Both the position numbers and the translations under genes were made by a program. A stretch of DNA of 63,971 nt, the filler included, from Reticulomyxa filosa (lineage: Eukaryota; Protista; Foraminifera), in assembly GCA_000512085.1 (NCBI GenBank). It is 16 parts of 16 records of this genome, joined end to end, with 100 filler letters (N's around TTAATTAATTAA, not from the genome) between each part and the next. Parts side by side here need not be neighbours in the genome. Positions count along the whole stretch, not along the records: positions 13,713 to 33,674 come from ASPP01027699.1; positions 33,775 to 38,090 come from ASPP01006779.1; positions 38,191 to 41,253 come from ASPP01009842.1; 13 more parts are not named here. One strand, given 5' to 3'. Below the pieces are notes generated by a model. The model ran no database searches, was not told the DNA's origin, and saw only the letters and a list, made by a program, of their open reading frames with translations. Positions within the stretch are counted from its first letter, which is position 1. Each line of letters opens with the position of its first letter. Shown here piece after piece: positions 25,051-38,274 of this stretch.

Positions 25051-28000
25051 TTAGTGTTTGAATATATATTTAATTTGGGGTAAAACAGCGACATTTCCGG
25101 CAGTGTCTTCATAGTCACCATCCAAAATCACATAATGGCGTTTGTCCGAGATCAAAGCTCCATAAAGTTCGCTGTATCTATCAATAACTTTCGCATCTCT
25201 TCCATTTTTAATGTTTTCATTATATTTTCTCTTTTGATCGATTTGTTGTTGTAAAGCTTTCTTTTGACTTTCTGACATTGGTTTCTTTCCTGTTTCACTT
25301 GCCTTCGCATCATTTTCCAACATTTTTTCCAGTTGGGCAGTGCTTTGAAGGACTTGGGAACCATTGTAAAGCAATTTTCCTTCTTTCATTGTTCCGTATT
25401 TGAACAACAATCTGACTTTAACTCCCCAAAACAAAGTCGGGAAAATATCAACTAATTCTTGCACAGTCAAATTGCCTCTGTCAATTTCCAAGTGATCCCA
25501 AGTTGTCCATTGATCAGGATAAGGTACGTAAGTGATCAATTCGTTGGGATCTTCTTTGGTTTCGTCTTTCTTTGTTTCTTTCTTGTGTCGAATAGCTGTT
25601 TCCGGTTGGAAATATTGGAATTGTGTTGGAACAGCCAAGTTAAAGTTGGCATTGTAAAAGGCATCTTCGTACAAATATTGCAATCCCAATTTCAATTTAT
25701 AAAATTCAAGTTCCACTAATCCTGTTATCATAGCGGTTGTTGTTGCCAATGCAGCAATAATTTTACCAGCGGTAATTTTGACATCTTGTCTTGATGACTC
25801 TTTGATACGATAGTTCCAAGCTCTAGCATTTGCACAGGCTGTAATATAATCAATGTGGAAGTTTAAGTCATCATCTTTTTCGAATTCGTTTTCTTTCAAC
25901 AGCACAAATTTCGAAGTGTCCAATTTCTTCAATGCCTCGATCAAAGTATTTACTTTTTGTTGTTGTGCTTCGTTTGGCTCGTCCTTGTTTTCGTCTCCAT
26001 CCTTCTTTTTATCGTCACTCTCGTCTACTTTTACTGCAGGTCCCTTTGGTGGCTCCCATTTTGGATAATGCAAGTCACACTGTACAAACAAAAAAGCACG
26101 TGAAAGTTCTTTGCATTTTCTGCAAGTCTTGAAAAGCATATAAAAAAATTGACCAATGACAACAAATTATTTGAGTATAAGATTTACAACACAAAACTTT
26201 TTTGGCAAACAACAGGAAATGCTTCATATCTTTGACTTGTTCAATTCCAAATGCAAAAGCATATAAATTGGCTGCCGTGAATAAATAGTTGGCAATCAAA
26301 GGATTGTCCAAGCTGAAGTCAGGGATTTGAGGAAAGCGCTTGTGTCCTGTCCAGAAATCAGTACCTCCCTCGGCCTTGAATTCTTTAGGGAACCAATGCA
26401 TCAAGTTTTTGATGCGTGTGACGTGTTGATTCACAAATTCCTCAAATGCCAAACGAATGCATTGCTCAAAGCCAACTTTGCTACTTGCTTGAATGCCTGC
26501 CAATTTATGTACTGTTTCTAACATTTGCAATTGCTCTTCACCTTGTGCAGCCTCCACTTGTTCAAAGAATTTGTTTTTATCTTTGACAAAAGTGTTATAC
26601 GATTGCGGGTCCTTTTCAAATTGTCCACTGAAAGAAGAGCGGGACCATTCGATGCAGTGCAATGGTAGATAAGGAAAGTTTTGCAATGTGCACATTGCAA
26701 TTCCTTCTGTTTCTTGTTCCACTCCATCGTTGTAGGTTCTATTTATTTTTTAGAGTTTTTTTTAAAAAAAAAGAATCCGATTTTTGGGATAATAATATAC
26801 ACGTACAAAACATCCGTACTTGGTTTTAAAAGGGATAATGACTTCAGAGTTGCATTTTGTTCCTTGTGTTCCTGACTCTAATAAGGGTTTGCCATGGAAT
26901 AAGCATTTGCTGTCGGTGTATTTGCGGGCAATCACATTGTCAAGTGCATTCCAGCACAAATCCAAATTGTCCCAAAAGTGATCATCGAAAAAGTTTTCTG
27001 TTTCGGCCCAGACTTTCATTTCCAATGCCTCAACGTTCAAGGCTGGGTTCATTTGTTTAGCAGCTGCCGCGGCTGTTATCGATTTGGGTTTGGTGACGTG
27101 GCCAGCGCGGAACAAAAATTGTCGACTTAAATTGCTCACTTCAATGCGATCCATATCAGTGCACCATAACTTTCCTTTTGGACCGGTGCACACTCCCATC
27201 ATCGCTAATCCTTTCAAATACTCGCAACCCAAGGCGCCACAACCGACCAAAAAGATGCGTTGATTTGAAATCAATTGTTGAAAGCTCTTTCCAAAAATCG
27301 AGATTTGATGATCATAACGACTGCCTTGTGGAACAGCGTCGGCAGGGACGGCATTTCCAACAAGTTGGATATGATCACTGTGCATCCATTGGAAAATTGG
27401 AGTGTACTTGCCAAATTTCTTAACTACTTCTTGTGCAACAATACCTCCAAGGAACGCACAATATCCGGTCAACTCTGTTGCAAAATACCACGAATAACTG
27501 CGCAAACGACGCTTATCTACTGACTCCACCGTGACACCTTTCTCCGATTTTTTGTTTTCTTCATTGATGGTTTCGAATAGTTTGACGAAGTTGTCACTGT
27601 CCTCAACATTGTGGAGACGAGGAAAGAAACCATATTTGGCCTCAAATTCCAACACAGTGACAAATTGCAAATGCACGTGCTTGCCTGCACCTTTTTCCCA
27701 GGCACCTTGATCTGGGTGTGGGGGTCCCCACAAGTCTTGCTCCCATCCTTGGGCCGGCTTGACCAACGAGTCCTCCAATGACCGAAACTCTTTTATGATT
27801 GGGTCCACCACTTCCGTGATTATTCCTCCTGTTTTCCATGGCCCTAATTCTTCGGGCGTTATTACTTTGCCGTCGGCTGTCTTCGCTTCGCTCAAATCCA
27901 ATTGAAAGCTTTCAAATATTTGACGTTCTCTCTCTTCCTTGGTTCCATCTGCTTTCGTAAACAGATATTTCTCATAAAGGCGTTTTATCTACATTGATGT

Positions 28001-29178
28001 ATGTATTATATGTATTCACATATTTATTTATTTATTTACAATGATGAAGAAAAAAAAAATAAGAGATGGCAAAAATATTTTCAAAAACCTATTTCTTATG
28101 ACAATTTCATTTTTCAGTGTTAAAAAAAAGTAAACGACAAAATATATACAAATGCACGCACCTTAATTCCAGTTGCGCCATTAAGCACTGACAAGTTCAC
28201 TTGGCCAGACTTGCAAACACCACCTTCGATATCTTCAAAGCGGATCTTTTGTCCTTGTTCAAACCCATGCTTCTTCGCTGCGACAGTTATTTTGCCACTT
28301 TCGGTCCATGAGTCGACGACCAAGGTCTTCAATGGTTCTCCATCGGGGTCTTTCACCACGTGGGCGTCGCCAAAATCTGCAAATATGTGTCCCGTCACAC
28401 CGTGATTTACTGCAACAAAAAATACGACCGGTGCCACTTTTTCTTCTCCTGATTCACCTTTTAACTTGGCAATTTTTATTTTAAAATTTGAATGTGATGT
28501 GTTTAAGAATAATGTTTAAAAAAAAAAAATAAGTAGTATACGTCGTAAAAAAAAAAAAAAAAAAGGGGGAGGAACGCTTGTTTCGCCTGCAGCCATTTTC
28601 TTAAGTAGTTGGAAATTACTCAACTTTTCGAGTTCGACACAATTGGTCGATGCGGAACAATTCTTTTTTTGGAAGTGTCTTGCAAACCAAAACCGCGCCA
28701 AAGGATTGAATAAACGTGTCCGTTAATTCCCCAGTGTGCATTTTGACTTCGCAATAAGGGTTCAATTCAATCAACGTCTTGAGGCACGCTTCAGCGCGGG
28801 GCACTTTACCTACATGCTCTTCTCGCAAATAAAAGTTCGCTCCTGTTCATCGCAACAAACACAATTTCGTACCCACCCCATTTTTGCTGACCATTGCGTC
28901 ACTCATTTGCCACAACACACACACAAAATTTGTCTACACACACCCAAGTCAGTGATTTGAGTTATTCCATCGTCATGGACTGTCACCGCTCTGGGTCCAG
29001 CCAATATCAGATTCTTTGCTGTCTCGATACCCACTCCATTCAAGCCAACAACCAAACAAGACAATGACGACAAGTTTCGCATTGTATCAACACCAAGAGC
29101 TGCAATAGCTCGAGAATACAAGTCCATTTTATGAGAGGCTGCACCCTCATCAAATGTATTCTCTTTCAAATCAGACAT
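25051..29178 (-). CDS. UBA1: Ubiquitin-activating enzyme E1 (UBA1/UBA6 family), multi-exon
   Basis: DLYSRAIAALG, GLNGVGIETAKNLILAG, SRYDHQISIFG, GCGALGCEYLK, DMDRIEVSNLSRQFLF, ALDNVIAR, LLESGTQGTKCN, catalytic MCTLQNFP, FEKDDDLNFHIDY, AGKIIAALATTT. First intron starts at 28943 and the next exon resumes GANFYLRE. Confidence 0.95.
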
Positions 29179-29936
29179 GTTTTATGGACAAGAGTTAGAC
29201 GATTATTGTGGACCTAAACAAAACAAACAAAAACCGACAAAAGGGCACTTTTCACTTGTTTTGTTTTTTCAAGTAATTATTTTTCATGTGCGTTCTTTTT
29301 TAATATCGCTCAATAAGCGTTTATGGCGAAGATTTGTATAAATGGTTCAAGTTACTATTTCTTTTTTTGCGTGAATGATTGTTTGTTCTTTAAAATCTTT
29401 CACCTGTGTGCACAAGAGTAAATAGATATCTACATCGATACATTGTTTTGCTTAAGTTAGATTGCTAAATTATTAAATAATTTGAAATGATTACAGAACA
29501 GCAGTGTTAAGTATTTTTCGATTGTTATAACAGCACAAAATAGCTTTTGTTTGAAAAACTGCTACTTAAGAAAGATTGACCAATATTTATAGGTAATATT
29601 GCAGTTGCTGTCTAAGAGTGACTTTATGCCGAATTTCAAAAGAGATTGATAATAATTTGTCTAAGTAATCGAAGCGAATAAAGACTAATCTTCAAGTGCA
29701 GTATCAAAGAGTACAACAGCGCGAAAAGACATCAATATTCGTTTTTTTTTTTTTTTAAAAAAAACAAACTACGTTCGAGTGCACACAATTTGCAGAACCA
29801 AAGTTGAAAACCGTTTAATGTTACTCAGTGAGGTTGCAAGGCCAGCACTTTTCTTTATTTTACATTTTTTTTTTTAATATTATTTATTTTATTAAAAAAA
29901 AACATGCATTTCATTCGATGAGAAATATCATTGATA

Positions 29937-30650
29937 TCAAGGAGTACTTGTAATCTCGTCACAGTGCTCAATAATTGAACTGTTATCACTTTCACCATCG
30001 ACTTGAATCATGACAGGAATCTCGTCATTAACCAGTCCAACGCGTGCACTTGCTGAGTTATTACGTGTTGAATCCGAACAACGAGTACTTTTCTCAGCTT
30101 CCTGTCGAACACTATTCATTCCAACATCTGCACTTTCATGACCGATTTTGGCAAAGGTCCCGTGTTGCGACGCATGTCCACAGGATGGATTGGAAAGTCC
30201 ACTCGATTGGGGAGCATTGTTTGGAAGACATGAATTTTCGGGCAATTTCTTGGACTGTTTTACAACAGCATCACCACAAGTATTTTTTGGAGATGAGGCC
30301 ACCGAGTCCAAGTCAATCAAAGAACAACGCAACACTTCGTTTTCATCGATCGGAGGCATTTTATCCACTCCCCTGCGTTCTGCGGCGTCTGCATCAAACT
30401 GCGTTGCTGTACGTTGCAATGGGGCATTTGTCTGTGTGTCATCGATAGGAGCATTTGTCTGTGATTCCTCCAATTCTGCCGTCGTCTCGTTGTCGGCCAT
30501 TTGATGAGCAAGCTCAGTCGTTTGTCTTAGGCCACCAGCTACCTTTGCGTTGGTGTGCGTTGCCGCTGACTCCTCTTTGTCCTTTTCCTCACCTGCTGAC
30601 ATCTGCTCATTCTTCAAATTATCTTGATCGAGCCCATTGCTGTCACACAT
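29937..30650 (-). CDS. Hypothetical low-complexity, probably disordered protein
   Basis: 237-aa ATG-initiated ORF rich in E/D/S/T/N, with a short internal repeat (SQTNAPID / TQTNAPLQ). No family recognised. Confidence 0.5.
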   Translation of the reverse strand: MCDSNGLDQDNLKNEQMSAGEEKDKEESAATHTNAKVAGGLRQTTELAHQMADNETTAELEESQTNAPIDDTQTNAPLQRTATQFDADAAERRGVDKMPPIDENEVLRCSLIDLDSVASSPKNTCGDAVVKQSKKLPENSCLPNNAPQSSGLSNPSCGHASQHGTFAKIGHESADVGMNSVRQEAEKSTRCSDSTRNNSASARVGLVNDEIPVMIQVDGESDNSSIIEHCDEITSTP

Positions 30651-31494
30651 TTGCTGTTATTTGCATATTTGTACTTACACATGCGTTCCTATTGCTTTGT
30701 TGTTTGCACGAAACATATATTACGACAAAGTTGCTCAAACTTCATTGGCTATTCGTTGCTCACTTCGGTGGCTGGATTGAGACGCAATTGTGTCCACTTC
30801 ACCAGTTGACATTGCGCTTTGTGGATGAGAAGGAGAACATTCTCGTGAGGAAGTTTCGATTTCCAAATGACGATTACTATGAGTTTTTTTTAGTAATTTT
30901 TGCCTCTCCGAGTTAGACGAGCTTTGATCTTCAGTGGCGACGGCTTGATGACTGAAACAGCGAAAAAATACCATTTGTTTAGTATATGTGTGTAGAACGG
31001 AAATAAGAGTTTAATTCGACAAATTTCAACTTTTTTTTAATATGTTGCTGTGTTGTGATTTGTATTGAGCAAGTTTTACTCAATTTCCTTTTACGTGATT
31101 ATGATTTTCGAATTCTTTTCATCTACTTCAAGAATAAGATGTCCTTTAACATTTATTCTTTTGCCCTTTAAGATAAATACACTTTTTAAGTACAACTTTT
31201 TGTTGGTAGACTAATCGAAATATAACAACAAATTTTGAGGGCAATGTACCAAAAAGATGTTATTGATAGATTCTAATAATTTGTATCATTTTTAAAGAGA
31301 GTATTGATGTTTTTAAGTAATTTTGCCGTAAGCCTTTTTCTTCTAATTTAAAGTATTCAGAGATCTAACATGTGATTGTAAATCACCTAAATTTGATACA
31401 ATTCTTTTGGTTTTTTTATTGATTTATTTCTTCGTGTTTAATGCGTTTGACATTTTAAAAATGTGTTGGAATAACTTGGACCTAGTACTGTTAA

Positions 31495-33674
31495 ATGGAG
31501 ATGAGTTATGAAAAGTGGGAGAAGTATTTTAACAGTGTAGCACAGCTTCCGGGACAAGAAAGGACAGCAGGAGAGACAAGGGCCTCCCTCTTAATGATGA
31601 ACAATGAAGATTCGATAGATACAGAATTTTTGGCAAATTTGTTGTCACAAAGCACAACAGATGATCAGCAAAGTACGCAATCGGGGATAGATCAAGGGAT
31701 TGAAAATGTGGATGAGCATGTATATGGCAGTACAAGTCATTGGGATAGTTTGGCAGGGTACAACAGCCTGGCGACAGATATGGAGGAATCAAACTCGAAG
31801 CAAAGATGTAAATTCTGCAATTCGACGAACGTGGATGTGACACAACAGTACCAAATAATTTGTCAAAACTGTGGCGCGTTGATGGAGGAAGAGCACCGAC
31901 AAGGACATCAAGAGTACCACCTGGGCGGGAGAAGCGCCGACCAGGTGACACTTGGAGAAGCCGACGAAATAACAGACGTAGGCGCCATGGCCACGACAAG
32001 TCTAATGAAAGCCAAAGAGGAAAAGAAAAAAATGAACGCACGGGAATACGCACGTCCGTTGACAGGTTACTCTCCACAGCGTGAGTTTGGTGAATGCATG
32101 TTGTTGTTATTCAATGAGCTGCTGGTTGTGCAATGCAAGGCCATGATGAACGAGTACTTGTGTCTGAGCCAAGCCACGGACCTTCGCACGCGATACCCAG
32201 AGATGGTGCAAACGCTGTGGTTCCGCTTTTTGGCATATTGGTTCGAACAGGGCTTTGGCAACGACCAGCAAGACGAGTCGTGGTACATTTGGATCAGCAC
32301 CTCCAAAATTCCACGTCAGCATCAAAATGAAGACTTTTTGGAGCGCTGGCGTCAGCCCAAGCGATGTCATTTAGATGTGTTGTTGGTGTCTTCATCCGAC
32401 GATCATGCAAATGATGGCGCTAACGATGATGATGATGATGATGATGATGATGACAATGATGATAATGATAATGATAATGATAATGATAATGACAAGAAAA
32501 AAGACAATGATGGACAAGAAAGAAGAAGAAGAAGAAGAAGAAGAAAAAAAAAAAGAAGAAGAAAAAGAAAAAGAGAATGAATATAATCGTTTCAATAACG
32601 ATAATGCGATCAATGAAATAGAATCAGATCGCGCGAGCACGAGGAGTGGAAATAGCATGATTACATCCGTCGGTGGAACGTCCGACACAACGGTCACAGA
32701 AACCGTCTCTACAAATAATGATGATGAGCATTTGCTCGACAATGGCGACGATCAAATTGACGTGCACTTGCTGCAAAATCTCTTACTCGAATCCTCCGAC
32801 AAAGCTACCACTGCGGCTGCAAATGACACACAACGAAATATTGACAAAGCAAAAGCAAAGGCAAAAGCAAAAGCAAGAGCAAGAGCAAAAGCAAGAGCAA
32901 AAGCAAAAGCTAAAGTCAAAGCCAAAACAAATACAAAAACACAAAAAATGATAAAAAAGTCGCAACAAAAACAGACAAAAAAGGAGAAAACATATCGAGT
33001 GAATCCTTATCGCAAACGCTACATTTACAAGTCCAAACCCAAAAACTCATTTGGCTGGAAGAAATACGACTCGACCGCTCTCGACAAAGTGGTCTTTGAT
33101 GCAAAGGAAAATCAATATAGCTATCAGCGTGGCGAAATCAGCTTGGATGTAACGTTGCTGCTTCACTATTTGGCGTGCCGCATGTTGGAGCTCCCTGTCC
33201 TTTTGTACGACATGGTGCGACTCTGCGAGCGCGACATCCTCCCGTACTTTCGTGCCTTGGAAGTGTTTGAGCCCAAGTGGTTCCAACAACACATTTTGGA
33301 TCGACTGATCCGCTCTTGCGGCGAAACGGTAACACATTCACAACTACTACCGCGTTTGCATCGGCTGTTTATACCGTACCACTGGAGTGAACATTTTGCC
33401 ACACTCTATGTCAAATGCCACTCTCTGGTGCGTGATTTGCAACTGCACTCGCAATTGCCTCCATTCAATTGCTTCGCTTTAACCACGCAATTTGCCATGG
33501 ATCTGATGTGTCCCCTCGCCATTTCCAAGCTCGTCTGTTTTTTCATGCATTCGATTTATGAGTTCCGCCAACTCTCAGAACAGACACAAACACAGACACA
33601 GGCACAAACGTCTTTTGTCCATTCCGATTTCAATTCTATTAATACGATTGATATTACCGACTCTCCTCCTCCTC
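31495..33674 (+). CDS. TAF1B: RNA polymerase I initiation factor TAF1B/Rrn7-like, 3' partial
   Basis: Zn ribbon CKFC...IICQNCG; LLVVQCKAM...VQTLWFRFL; ISLDVTLLLHYLACRMLELPVLLYDMVRLCERDILPYFRA, which matches the Rrn7 LaxxYLa...Pv...Dl.rw...iPY pattern. Frame change near 32520 inside a GAA tract. Confidence 0.75.
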
Positions 33675-35470
33675 NNNNNNNNNNNNNNNNNNNNNNNNNN
33701 NNNNNNNNNNNNNNNNNNTTAATTAATTAANNNNNNNNNNNNNNNNNNNNNNNNNNNNNNNNNNNNNNNNNNNNTGAGAATAAGAAAGCAAGTGACTCTA
33801 AAATAGATGAAAAAGGAACACCATTATGGGCTAATCAAAAGATCACTTCATAAATAATTCATTCCCTTATCCTTTTCAATTTATTATTCGTTCGCTCTTC
33901 TTTCACGAAACATACAAAACAAATTTTTCGCTCTTGAATTAATCAATGCTTAAAAAAAAGTATACTTTTCACATTAAAAAAAATGTTATAAAAATTAGAA
34001 AATATAATTAATAATTAAAATAATTTATTTGAAAAACAATTTTAGTTAAATAATTTAAAAAAATATTCATAAAATTATAGTTCATAAATTTATTAAAAAT
34101 ATTAAAATATATTAATTATCAATTAATAATATAATATTATATAATTATATTTTACATTATTTAATATTTTATTACTGTTTTATGATTGATATTGTAGCTT
34201 AATTATTTATTGTGCTTTTTGAAAATTTTGTGATATTAAGATAATTTGTATTTTTTTTTATTTAAAATAATATTAAAATTTAGTATATTTTCAATATTTT
34301 ATTATTTTAAATACTTGTTTTTCAAGAAGAAAATACATAACATTAATCTATTATTTTATGTATTTAGTTTTTCTGCAGCATAATATCAATATTTAATTGT
34401 TTGACAACATAACTAATAGTAAATTATTTATTAATATAACTAATAAATATACTGATACATTCTAAAATCCATATGTTTCATTGTCAATACAAAATAAGTT
34501 TTGTAATTAGATTTATTATTTTAATATTAATGCTTAATTCCTTTTCAAATATTCTTAAATTTATTATTTGTTTGTACATTTAATAAACGAAAACAGTAAT
34601 TATGTAAATAATTGACAAATATATATTAGAGCTACTTTGAAAATATTTTTTCACTTCATTATATTATATAATATTCACAATAATTTATTTATTTATGTGA
34701 TTTGTTACGTTTTCAATTTTATCAATGTATTCTATTTCAACGATAAATTCAACTATTGTTGAGGTCTTTTTACTAATCTTTACATTGAAGTTTATCAATA
34801 ACTATTGTATTAAAATGTTCTTTTTTATTTATTTCGGGCTATTTCGTAAATATTAACCTTTATTTAGTAATAATAATCCAATATTTATATATTTGTTTTA
34901 AATTAAATGAAATACATTTCACAATCACAAATTTACATTGTTTTTGTTGATATAATCATAAATTCATATTATGATTTGATCATTGTTTTGTGTAGCCAGT
35001 TCAAGCGTTCTTTTGTTTATCTTTCTTTGTCAGTCTTTTCTTGTTGATAACGCAAGTGTTTCTTTTGATTTGGTGCAATCTGCATGAAAACAAATTCAAA
35101 AAAACAAGCTAGAAGAAAAACAGATTATCAATAAAAAACTTAACTTATTTGGTGGTCCCTTTTTCCTTAGTAGCCATTATAGCTACCAGTCTAACACTGT
35201 AAGTACTGTTTTTTTTGTAATATTTCATTGGACATCTCTGTGTAAGTACGTCATGAAAGAATTCTTACATTCATACTTGTTCTTAATGTGAACACAAAAA
35301 TGTTTATCTCATTTTTCGTCAAAAAATGTTAACTCTTGCAAGCAGGCATTTTCACAACAATGAAAAATACTGAATACAATCAAAAAGTAAAACGGTTTCT
35401 GTATTTTTTAAATCTTTCTTTCCAAAGTTTTAACGTTGGTCCAACAAAAAAAAATCTAAAAAGTTCAAAG

Positions 35471-36032
35471 ATGTCCAGCCCAAAAATAGGCGGCGCAGAA
35501 GTTATTAATAGTAATGGTCGATTTTTTAATCAGCCCACTTTTTGGTGGCGTGTTGGTGGCATTTCAACTGGTAATATTGCGATTCATAGACGAAACAATG
35601 TACAGACGTGACTGTTTTGACAAAAGGGGACTGTAAACAAAACACGGGGGAAAAAGTTCTGAAATGAGACAATGGCTCAGTTTGCAAATAATAATACAAC
35701 AACAAACAGCTTTTTCGATATTTATGGGCACGATAGGGACCCATTATCTTCGGTCACGTGTTAGTGAGTCCTATTTTTTCGAGACATTTGAGACTGGTGT
35801 GAGATATCAATTGTGTCACAGTTTGGGTTTGATGTTGGCTTCGTCTTGTATGGCGTCCACACTACACGACCAAATACCCAAACCCCCAATACTCTTTGGC
35901 ACTGGAATCGTGTTGTTCAGTGGTTCTTTATATGCTATTGGCTTAACTGAAAATAGAAAATTGGGGAAACTTGCCCCCATTGGCGGCTTGTGTTTTATTT
36001 TTGGTTGGTTGGCTTTGGCGTTTGAAAAATAA
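35471..36032 (+). CDS. TMEM256: TMEM256 / DUF423 family small membrane protein
   Basis: Exon 1 35471-35570, GT-AG intron 35571-35709, exon 2 to 36032. Motifs GTIGTHYL, FETGVRYQLCHSLGL, GIVLFSGSLY, LAPIGGLCFIFGW. Confidence 0.88.
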
Positions 36033-36488
36033 ATTGCCACTGTCTCTTCTGTTACACTGTGTCCACATTATAGTACTTGCCTATCATAACACTTTTTTGT
36101 TGCTTTGTTGGTGATTTGATTGGTCATCTCGAAAAAAAAAGGGACATCTTTTTTACCTCTCAATATGAACTTCCGAGCACTAAAAAATTTTGAGACTACA
36201 AGCCCCCTTTTGAATTTAAAAAAGCACTTTGGCAGACTCTGATTTTCCGTGAGTCACAATTTATGAGAATGTTCCTACAATTTTTCATCTTCCAGAGCTT
36301 TTTCCTGGAGGAGAAAGGCTTTGAATTAGAACAGCCTTGTTATATATTTTGCGTATCTCTGACCGAGTTTAATATTCAAGTTAGTGGATTTTTGACAATG
36401 TGCAGAAATCAGTTGCAACAGAGCGAATTTTTCGGAGTCCCTGTGTTAGATAGAATGTTTGAAGTTCACATTGAACTATATCTGAATC

Positions 36489-37953
36489 ATGAACCAATCG
36501 CCCGAATACGTTCCCAGATATTCCTTGATTGATCAACTCTTGTGTTTAAAAAAGCAATATGCAAGCTTATATTGCGATTTATTACCTCGTTCGTTAGAAA
36601 AATGTAATGGGGAAAGCAAGAGCAAGAGCGCAAGCGCCTTGCAAGACGATATCGACGAAAAGCAAAGCATCGACAATGAGACGTGTACATACCGTTTGAT
36701 GCAATTCAACATCTTAGCAGACGGGTTGAGTGGATATTATACTCCTGAGTCTCCAGTATATTATCACATAAATATGGGATCAGTGGATCGAGAGTTATTG
36801 AATTATGGATATCGAGGATTTCGGACGTTAGAAGAGATTGTACGTTGGGACCCGGACGTGGTGACCATTCAAGAAATGGATCAATTGGAATTTTATCGTT
36901 ATTACTTGAAGGACACGTATACCATCGTGCACGCAGTAAAACCCAACTCACCCATCGTACGGGTAGGCCTCCGAATTCAAAAATACCTGCCTTTAGACGG
37001 ATGTGCCATCTTGTTCAAACACAAACGGTTTCAAATGTTACAATGTTGGAAGTTCAATGGTGCCTCCGACCTTTCCGCTCCAAAAGCATGTGCGAATTTA
37101 ATTGTCATTGTAGTACACTTTCAATGTAAACAAACAGTTTTGCACCAAAAAAATATCATAACATAATATATGTACACATATATTTATGATACATTATATA
37201 TATTTTGTGTGTGTATATGGAAACGCGACTTTTTCATGTAAATGGCTGAACGATGAAGAAAAAGAATTTGTGGTGTGCTGCACGCATTTGAAGGCCAGTT
37301 TCTATTTCAATGACAAATGTGGGGAAACAGATCGGTTGTATCAATTAGGGTACGTTTGTAACAAGTTGAAAGGCATTATGGAGGCACTCCAAACTCCAAG
37401 GTCCGGAAAAACGGAGCCTCGCTTTGTTCCGTTGTTTATCGGTTGCGACCTGAACACAATGTGCGTTCCCTACAGCGATTTTGTGCCCTACGTATACTGG
37501 AGCTTGGTGCATCCAGAAAAACTATTCTCAAAGTCACACCGACGTATAACAAATGATGCAAACGTGCGATGGGATGCAAAGCAACAAAAGATAGGAAAAG
37601 AGGGAAAAGAGAAGGGAGAGGAAGAAGAAGAGAGAGGAGAGAAGGGTAATAGTTCTTCTTTGCAATTGGATCAAAATATTTTGCAATTGATGTCACAAAC
37701 TTTGCAATATGAAAATGGTTATGGTTTAAACTTGAAATCGGTATATGAAGAACACAGCAAAGAAAAACGCAATCCTTCTTACACTTCCACTGTGGGTGGT
37801 TTGCGGTGTCTCGATTATATCTTCTATCAACCGGACAGGCGTGTCCAAGCTACTGAACTATTGAGTGTTCCAACCGAAGCCAAAGTTACACTCCCTTCTT
37901 GGAGCTATCCTTCAGATCATTTTTCGCTGTTGGCCACTTTCAAATTATCTTAA
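36489..37953 (+). CDS. EEP-superfamily nocturnin/CCR4-like phosphatase-nuclease
   Basis: RLMQFNILADGLS, PDVVTIQEMD, DGCAILFK, CTHLKA, GCDLNT, LDYIFY, LPSWSYPSDHFSL. One intron at about 37137-37240. Confidence 0.88.
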
Positions 37954-38191
37954 AAAAAATAAGATATTACTGTGGCCTTTTTTTGCTTGTTTCTAATTTT
38001 ATTTCCTTTTTTTTTTTTTTAGTAGTATTTTGTACTCTGTTTAATGTGGTTTTTTCCTAAATTTTTTAGTTGAAATAATTTCAATTTGATNNNNNNNNNN
38101 NNNNNNNNNNNNNNNNNNNNNNNNNNNNNNNNNNTTAATTAATTAANNNNNNNNNNNNNNNNNNNNNNNNNNNNNNNNNNNNNNNNNNNNC

Positions 38192-38231
<40 letters not shown>

Positions 38232-38274
38232 TTATATATTTACATATGTATATAAAACATACTTGTTTGATAGC

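Noticed and set aside
32420-32950. Poly-D/N, poly-E/R and AK-repeat ORFs in several frames
   Set aside because: Trinucleotide and hexanucleotide microsatellites inside the TAF1B-like gene. The alternative-frame ORFs are by-products.
33850-34980. Extremely AT-rich 1.1-kb block (also 61087-62545)
   Set aside because: No periodicity, terminal repeats or coding signal seen. Consistent with ordinary intergenic DNA.
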